From positions 304,730,001 through 304,794,000 of the forward strand of contig OZ024743.1 in assembly GCA_964016885.1 (NCBI GenBank): a stretch of DNA of 64,000 nucleotides. The letters run 5' to 3'. The notes under the pieces were generated by a model. It searched no databases, was not told where the DNA came from, and worked only from the letters and a program-made list of their open reading frames with translations. Each line of letters starts with the position of its first letter. Positions within the stretch are counted from its first letter, which is position 1. The position numbers were made by a program, and so were the translations under genes. This DNA is from Eledone cirrhosa (taxonomy: Eukaryota). Positions 55,867-64,000 of this stretch are shown piece by piece.

Positions 55867-55961
55867 CTATCACCAAATGGTATTTGAGGCTGTCCGAGGA
55901 ACACATGCATTTAATAAGATAGCTATCGATGATATAACAATATCAACAAAAGGCTGCTCAA
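55867..55961 (+). CDS. Exon encoding the C-terminal end of a MAM domain (host gene)
   Basis: TTTAAAG| acceptor, YHQMVFEAVRGTHAFNKIAIDDITISTKGCS, |GTGAG donor, phase 1 end. Confidence 0.8.
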
Positions 55962-56694
55962 GTGAGAGAATACAAATCTTATTACATTATTTCAATGTTA
56001 TTTTATAGTTTATAGCTGAACCTTATGTATATGAGGGTCAGCTGAAAAGTTTGTCTATGAAGGAGTGATGCAAGAGCTGTGAAATCTTGCATACATTAAT
56101 TTTAACTCTTGCTTCTTTCCAGAGACTCCTATGAACTTTTCAGACAAACTTTGTATGTGAGCATATATGTATGTCTGCATGTGTACATGTGCATGTGCAT
56201 CTGTATATGCACAAGTTTATTCCAATCCAATTAAATATATACATTAAATCTTCACTTGCAACATATTCAATTACAGATCTTCATCACCATTTTCCATGCT
56301 GACAAGGGTTAGACAAGTTGTCACATTCTGAGGTCAGATATCATGCCTTGCTTTTATATTCCATTTTGGCATGGGTTCTACAATGCCCTTCCTAATGCCA
56401 ACCACATTACAGGGTTGAACATTAAAACAGAGAAAGCATCTTATTTGCCAAGGGAAGAAATCATCCCTCAGTGGGAGAAGGAGAGGGAAAGCTTTAAGAT
56501 ATAGGTAGGGCTTTGAAAAGAGTGAGTGACATCTAGCAGTAGTGTGTGGGGAGATGGAATGGGATTGGGGGGTTAGATTTCTTCACCATCACCATCATTA
56601 GTTTCATGTCTGCATTTCTATACTGGAATGGATTATGACTATTTTCCATGCTGAGTAGTACATGCATTTTATTGTAGCACCAGCACTACCCTTT

Positions 56695-57039
56695 CATTTC
56701 ATTTCATCATCATTTCAATTTACGTCCGCTTTTCCCTGCTTGCAAGGGTGGGACGGGAACTGATTCTGGCTTGATTTCTACAGCTGGATGCCCTTCCTAA
56801 CACCAACCTCATTTACAGTGAGTGCTGGGTGCTTTTTTGCCATGGCACTTACACGACCACTTTACAGTGGAATGATAGGGACCCCAGTCCCTATCATCTC
56901 ATTTATACAGCTGAGTAAACTGTAGCAATGTGAAATAAAGTGTCTTGCGCAAGGAAACAACACATCACCCAGTCTGAGAATTGAACTCACAACCTTTCGA
57001 TTGCAAGGCCAATGCTCTAACCACTAAGCCATGTGCCTC
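56695..57039 (-). mobile_element. Second full-length copy of the tRNA/RTE-tail SINE
   Basis: Near-identical to 51375-51710. Confidence 0.85.
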
Positions 57040-58350
57040 ATAGTATATTGGGTGTGTTTTATTGTAGCACCAACACTATAGATGTTGTGAAGTCCTCAAG
57101 AGGACCAAACGGTCCTCTATATCCTATGTAGTCTTGATTTGATTGTCCTTAACTTTACAGGGAATACTGAGTGTATTTTATTGTGACAGCAACACTAGGC
57201 TAAAAGGGACATTTCTGCCCTATTCAGTCACCAATTTCTCATAAATCAACCTTTTGCTTAGCAGTGCTAGTACAGATGATGGGTCCTTCTAATACATCAA
57301 GTTGCCAGTCAATATGATCGAGTATCATCACCTTCATGGGGTTCAGTTTCTTGAAGTCATTTTTCATTACTTAATTTCTTGTCTTCGTTGGTCTCCCTCT
57401 TCCATGTGTTTCATCTGCTACAAATGCTTGTGACTTTTTTTATATAGTTCTCACTCACCTTACTCATCACATATCCATACCAACATAATGTTCTCTTTTA
57501 CATACTACATCCGACTCTTCTTATCAGTATTTTGAAATATGGGAGTTTGAAGAATACTGAGTGCATAGTTATCTAATACTTGTGATAGTGCACAGGTTAT
57601 CTAATATGGTTGAATACCATGAAACAATCAAAAATGATATTATGCTCATAGTTGTTGGTAGTTATATGAAAGATACATTGATAAACTACTCAAGATACAT
57701 AATAGACACAAACCTGTGAGATAGTGGAATTTCATTATATCATTTGTTTTTGTGCCACCCTGTATATACACACAAATATCAAGTTGTTAAGTATATGATA
57801 ATAAGTGTCTCTGTCAGTTTTCAACTATGAGCATTTTGGTTGTTTAATCAATAGAATAGCCCACTTGTGAAATTAACATGCAAGTGGCTAAGCATTCCAC
57901 AAATATGTATACCTTTAATGTAATTCTCATGCGGATACAGTGTGACACAGTGTGTGATAAGGCTTGTAGTCTGAATGATAAATACAATCCATCTGATGGG
58001 CTTCTAAACAGTATCTGTCCATCCAGTTTCCCTGGTAACTTGTTGGTGATTCAACTTGATGTGTTCACAATTAAGAATATGCAACACTATCAAAGCAGCT
58101 GATATTCATATATATTAATAATTCCATAAGAAAAAACTATTATACCCAGCATAATTAAAATATATTTCTGCTAGTTGTACAAATTAACAAAGCTTGTGGA
58201 TATATTGAGAATGAAGCATTCTGTGATGAAAGATTGCAAAGAAATGTGCTTTAGAATACAGTTTGGTTACCAAAAGTGTTGACTTGGTGAGTAATTCCTC
58301 CTTTATAATTGAATTTATTTCTTAACTCAAACATTTTATATTAATTGCAG

Positions 58351-58470
58351 ACTGGAATATTAGCTGTAATTTTAATAGAGACAGTTGTGGTTACGATTTT
58401 GCAAAGGATTATTATCGGGCAGGCTGGAGCATTAAGAGGATTCCAGGACTAAATTACAGGAAACTTGGGG
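58351..58470 (+). CDS. Exon encoding the N-terminal part of the next MAM domain
   Basis: TTGCAG| acceptor, WNISCNFNRDSCGYDFAKDYYRAGWSIKRIPGLNYRKLG (MAM CxF..CG start), |GTAATT donor, phase 1/1. Confidence 0.8.
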
Positions 58471-58664
58471 GTAATTATTTTTGTTCTATTTCTTATTGTT
58501 TTACGGAGAAATAATTAAAAATGGTAATCAATAATTTCAAATAATATTAAAGGATAATGAGTTCTTATATTTACATACCTGTAACCAATCTTTGGCATGA
58601 AGCTGACAGGGCAACAGGACAAATATATATAAGTTAACAAAATTACAAGCACAGCATATAAATA

Positions 58665-60651
58665 TGTCTTAGTTAGTACCCAAGGCAGGGAATTGGCTGG
58701 GATATCTTATTTAGTACCCAAGGCAGGGAATTGGCAGGGATATCATATTTAGTACCCAAGGCAGGGAATTGGCAAGGATGTCTTATTTAGTACCCAAGGC
58801 AGGGAATTGGCAGGGATATCATATTTAGTACCCAAGGCAGGGAATTGGCAGGGATATCTTATTTAGTACCCAAGGCAGGGAATTGACAGGGATATCTTAT
58901 TTAGTACCCAAGGCAGGGAATTGACAGGGATATCTTATTTAGTACCCAAGGCAGGGAATTGGCAGGGATATCTTATTTAGTACCCAAGGCAGGGAATTGG
59001 CAGGGATATCATATTTAGTACCCAAGGCAGGGAATTGGCAGGGATATCTTATTTAGTACCCAAGGCAGGGAATTGACAGGGATATCTTATTTAGTACCCA
59101 AGGCAGGGAATTGACAGGGATATCTTATTTAGTACCCAAGGCAGGGAATTGGCAGGGATATCTTATTTAGTACCCAAGGCAGGGAATTGGCAGGGATATC
59201 ATATTTAGTACCCAAGGCAGGGAATTGGCAGGGATATCTTATTTAGTACCCAAGGCAGGGAATTGGCAGGGATATCTTATTTAGTACCCAAGGCAGGGAA
59301 TTGGCAGGGATGTCTTATTTAGTACCCAAGGCAGGGAATTGGCAGGGATATCTTATTTAGTACCCAAGGCAGGGAATTGGCAGGGATATCTTATTTAGTA
59401 CCCAAGGCAGGGAATTGGCAGGGATGTCTTATTTAGTACCCAAGGCATGGAATTATAGGGATGTCTTAGTTTGTAATCAAGGCAGGGAATTGGCAGGGAT
59501 ACCTTATTTAGTACCCAAGGCAGGGAATTGGCAGGGATATCATATTTAGTACCCAAGGCAGGGAATTGACAGGGATATCATATTTAGTACCCAAGGCAGG
59601 GAATTGGCAGGGATGTCTTAGTACGCAAGGCAGGGAATTGACAGGGATGTCTAATTTAGTACCCAAGGCAGGGAATTGACAGGGATATCATATTTAGTAC
59701 CCAAGGCAGGGAATTGGCAGGGATATCATATTTAGTACCCAAGGCAGGGAATTGGCAGGGATGTCTTAGTACCCAAGGCAGGGAATTGACAGGGATATCT
59801 AATTTAGTACCCAAGGCAGGGAATTGACAGGGATATCTAATTTAGTACCCAAGGCAGGGAATTGACAGGGATATCATATTTAGTACCCAAGGCAGGGAAT
59901 TGGCAGGGATATCATATTTAGTACCCAAGGCAGGGAATTGACAGGGATATCTAATTTAGTACCCAAGGCAGGGAATTGGCAGGGATATCATATTTAGTAC
60001 CCAAGGCAGGGAATTGGCAGGGATGTCTTAGTACGCAAGGCAGGGAATTGACAGGGATATCTAATTTAGTACCCAAGGCAGGGAATTGGCAGGGATATCA
60101 TATTTAGTACCCAAGGCAGGGAATTGGCAGGGATATCATATTTAGTACCCAAGGCAGGGAATTGGCAGGGATATCATATTTAGTACCCAAGGCAGGGAAT
60201 TGGCAGGGATATCATATTTAGTACCCAAGGCAGGGAATTGGCAGGGATATCATATTTAGTACCCAAGGCAGGGAATTGGCAGGGATATCATATTTAGTAC
60301 CCAAGGCAGGGAATTGGCAGGGATATCATATTTAGTACGCAAGGCAGGGAATTGGCAGGGATATCATATTTAGTACCCAAGGCAGGGAATTGGCAGGGAT
60401 GTCTTAGTACGCAAGGCAGGGAATTGACAGGGATATCTAATTTAGTACCCAAGGCAGGGAATTGGCAGGGATATCTTATTTAGTACCCAAGGCATGGCAT
60501 TATAGGGATGTCTTAGTTTGTAATCAAGGCAGGGAATTGGCAGGGATACCTTATTTAGTACCCAAGGCAGAGAATTAACAAGTTTGTTTTATTTAGTACC
60601 CAAGGCAGGGAATTGGCAGGGATGTCTTAGTACACAAGGCAGGGAATTGGC
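58665..60651. repeat. 38-bp minisatellite, about 50 units, intronic
   Basis: Unit TAGTACCCAAGGCAGGGAATTGGCAGGGATATCTTATT, with some 33-bp deletion variants. Confidence 0.97.
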
Positions 60652-61739
60652 ACAATCAGTATGGCATCTGATTAAAAAATACCTTGGTAATATGTACTGG
60701 CTCATTTTGTTCTGAGTTCAAATTTTGCTGAGGTTAATTTTGCCTTTCACCTTTTCAAGTTCAGTAAATAAAGCAGCAGTCCAGTACAAGGGTTGAGTCT
60801 CTCTCCCTCTCCTCCATCTCTCTCTCTCTCTGATTGCTCATTAAATGAAGTTGATAATTTCTGTTACTTAAGGGATCACGTTTATGTTGGAAAACTAGAG
60901 AAAGAAAAGTAGTTCATAATTTCTCTTCAGAGAAGTACGGTTGTTTGTTGATGTAATCAACTTCAGAATCATCCTACATTCAAATAACACACTGATGTAA
61001 AGTCAATGATACGGTCTATATTAGTAGAGTATATTATTGGTCACTAAACTGACAGCCAAGATCTCATACAATTTGGAAGGAAGGAGATTCAGTAACAGCT
61101 ATAGTGTGTCCCCACCAATGTACAGAGTCACGCTCTAAAATCACAAGCCCTTTTCATCACCTTCAAATAGTGCACCCTAGAGCTAGTATCTAATCTCACT
61201 AAGATCTTCAACCTTATGCTCTCTCTCAACAGGAATTAGTCCTAATTTGTGGAAACATGCCACAGTGTCTCTCTTTTCTAAAAAATCTAATGACCCTGAC
61301 AAGTATCAACTTATCACACTCACTTCCAACACTTTATAAAAAAAGTAATCTTCTACAACATTGCAATTTTCTATGGTGAGACTTGCCCAACATTACCATT
61401 TATGTCAGTTCACCCATAACTTTTGAATGGCTGGAGATAAATATAACTAAAGTATATTAGTTTTTGCTTATGCAGTGTTTAGTTGGCTGTGATGGCTGCC
61501 TACTTGGTCTAGGACATATATGTCAGTCATGTAGGCTGTCTTCATAATCTACAGCATACTATACCAGTACCATTATTCTAATATATTGCTTTTGTGTCAA
61601 GACTCAGTAGACAGATCCCACTGGAAAACCAAAGACCTCACCACTTGCAATATAAATGAATATAAAACAGACAAAACCTTGATGTTAAAAATATATTTAT
61701 AAGTAATTAATAGTGTTATTTAAAATTTTTTTTTTCTAA

Positions 61740-61929
61740 ATAATTGTTTCTACTTTAGGCACAAGGCCAGCAATTACTCAGTGCATTACTGGTACTTTAT
61801 TTTATCGACCCCGTAAGGATGAAAGGCAAAGTCAACCTCGGCGGGATTTGAACTCAGATCGTAAAGGGACGTAACTATGCTGGAAAGCATGGCGTCCGAC
61901 CCTCTACCGATACTGCCAATCCACCGCCC
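61740..61929 (-). mobile_element. Full-length Nin/Deu-core SINE
   Basis: Reverse complement of the 55432-55625 family. Confidence 0.85.
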
Positions 61930-62089
61930 TTTTTTTCTTCTAAATAATGATACGGAAACTGAAATATGTTTTGTTTTTTTCCCATTATCAATCGAATCTA
62001 TTTTATTTTGCAAGTATATCTTTGCAAATAAATAGCATAGTTAAATTTTAATAGTGAAAATAACTACAACTTATCTGTTTGTTTTATAG

Positions 62090-62431
62090 GAGACTATCTG
62101 GCCTATGAAAGTTACTACAGTCGCGGGAGTAAAAGCTCTGTGATATCACCTATGGCTGATTTACCGCCATTCAACACCAAAGTCACTTTCTCTTACTACA
62201 TGACTGGTAATGAACTACAAGTAAGATTTGTGGATGATGGAGTAAAACCACAGAATACTGAAGCAAAATATGACTGGCAAGATTCTGGAAACCATGGGGA
62301 TAAATGGCAATATGGTTGCATGAATTTACCCAGTAAAAGAGGAAGAATTATATTCACTGCTACTGCTGGAAATGCAATAAATAAAAGAATGGCTCTTGAT
62401 GATATTACTATTGAGAATGGCACTTGTCAAA
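62090..62431 (+). CDS. Exon encoding the remainder of a MAM domain
   Basis: TTTTATAG| acceptor, GDYLAYES..VISP..VTFSYYMTG..WQDSGNHGDKWQYG..IIFTATAG..MALDDITIENGTC, |GTACGT donor, phase 1/1. Confidence 0.85.
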
Positions 62432-62974
62432 GTACGTATACTTGTTTTTCCCTTATTTACATGTGTTGCTCAGGTTTTTCAGCATTGCTGAACTTTTCTA
62501 AGTATCTTACTTTTGTGTTGCCATTTTTTATGAAAAATATATATTCTCATATTTTAACTAAACTATTTATAACTTCACAGATGGAAACACTAAGTAGAGA
62601 TCTACCCAATAAGGGTTGACCTGGGCATAAATAATAATAACAATTCACAAACTGAATTAATGTATTATATAGCTGTGTGTTTAAAAAAATGTGTATGGCA
62701 ACAATGAGGGCATGAGAACTATCCTACTAAATGGCACTTTAACCAAGTGTCCTTAATTATAGTCTCAGACCAACCAATGTTTTGAGTGAATTTGGTAGAG
62801 GGAATCTATATGAAGCCTATCTTTTGTATGTGTGCATGTGTGTGTGTATATGTGTGTGTATGTGTGTGCATGTGCATACATGCTCTGTTGCCAGTAGTCA
62901 CGAAAGTCATATCAATACCATTTATAAAAACCTTACAGTGACAAGTTATGTCCTCCTAAATAATGATTTCTAGT

Positions 62975-63270
62975 ATAAGCACAAGGTCAGTAATTTGGGG
63001 GGAAGGGGAAAGTCGATTAAATCGACCCCAGTACGTTACTAGTGCTTTATTTTATCGACCCCGTAAGGATGAAAGGCAAAGTTAACGTTGGCGAATTTGA
63101 ACTCAGAACTTAAAGAGCCATAACTCAATGTTGCATAGCATGGTGTCTGATGCTCTATAATAATAATAATAATAATAATTGTTTCTACTTTAGGCACAAG
63201 GCCAGCAATTATCCAGTACATTACTGGTACTTTATTTTATCGACCCCGTAAGGATGAAAGGCAAAGTTAA
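62975..63270 (-). mobile_element. Cluster of nested or truncated Nin/Deu-core SINEs
   Basis: TTTATCGACCCCGTAAGGATGAAAGGCAAAG occurs near 63051 and 63236. Confidence 0.8.
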
Positions 63271-64000
63271 TTCCTTGGCAGTCCCAGTTGTTACTTATAG
63301 CTTCGGTGTGTTGAACTGGAATATGAGTGAAAGCAAAAGTATCGACACCAAAGTCCGTAAGCTACTGACCTGTAATAGGATGCACCATCCAAAAGCAGAT
63401 GTGGATCGTCTTTACCTTCCTAGAACTGAAGGAGGCCGTGGCCTGATCCAATTTGAATTTGCTTACAAGACCACCATCATTGGACTGGCCAAATACCTAG
63501 AAACAACTAACGACTGTATGCTGAAACTTATTGAAATGCATGAGAGAAGTAAGAAGCTTCATTCTATCTTGAAGGAGAGCAAAAAATATGCTACTGATCT
63601 CATGCTAGATACCCAGGCTGGACAGACTAAAGAAACTGTTCCAACTGATGCTGCTAGGCACATAAAATCACTGGCAAAAGCAAAAGGGCAAGGACAATTA
63701 GCATCAAATTGTGAGCAGAAACCTCTGCATGGCAAATATGTGGCCTGTAGCAAACAAGCTGATGTTGACCAAAAGCACACCCTTCAGTGGCTATGTAGTT
63801 CAAGGCTAAAGCCGGAGAGTGAAGGTTTCATCTTAGCTGCCCAAGATCAAAGCTTATTGACTCGTAATTACCAGGCCAATGTGATGAGAAACGGAATAAA
63901 CCCAAAGTGCCGATTCTGCAATGCTGGGGTTGAAACAGTGGATCACTTAGTCTCTGGATGTAAAGTTTTAGCACCAGTAGAATACAAATATAGACATGAC
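63271..64000 (+). mobile_element. Second R4/Dong-type LINE (thumb to CCHC region), open frame running off the window
   Basis: LAVPVVTYSFG, HHPKADVDRLYLPRTEGGRGL, KPLHGKY, EGFILAAQDQSL and KCRFCNAGVETVDHLVSGC. Confidence 0.88.

Noticed and set aside
58174-58286. Candidate extra exon (CTAG|...|GTGAGT) before the MAM exon
   Set aside because: All three frames contain stops, and the 55867 and 58351 exons already join in phase without it.
58665-60651. CRISPR-like regular repeat
   Set aside because: Units are contiguous with no unique spacers, there are no cas genes, and the context is eukaryotic. It is a minisatellite.

Overview
This is AT-rich, microsatellite-dense animal DNA, most likely cephalopod/octopus (inferred from the Nin/Deu-type SINE cores and repeat content). 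About two thirds is a dense retroelement cluster. It holds two head-to-tail Tx1-clade LINEs ending in (TATC)n (131-11808) and a second Tx1 family in tandem on the minus strand (22152-32702). The (TAA)n spacer between those two minus-strand copies carries an R4/Dong-type LINE. There are three different Penelope-like element (PLE) types (32.7-46.5 kb), RTE fragments, SINEs, a non-autonomous Helitron and a 38-bp minisatellite. At least eight type-I hammerhead ribozyme motifs occur, many in short fold-back units bounded by (TA)n. Three phase-compatible exons of a host MAM-domain gene lie at 55.9-62.4 kb. The most unusual inference is that both Tx1 families have a splice-donor-like GT overlapping the ORF1 stop codon. 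Removing a 50-57 nt segment there would fuse ORF1 to ORF2 in frame at the same Arg codon. All calls were made by eye; no database searches or folding programs were run.
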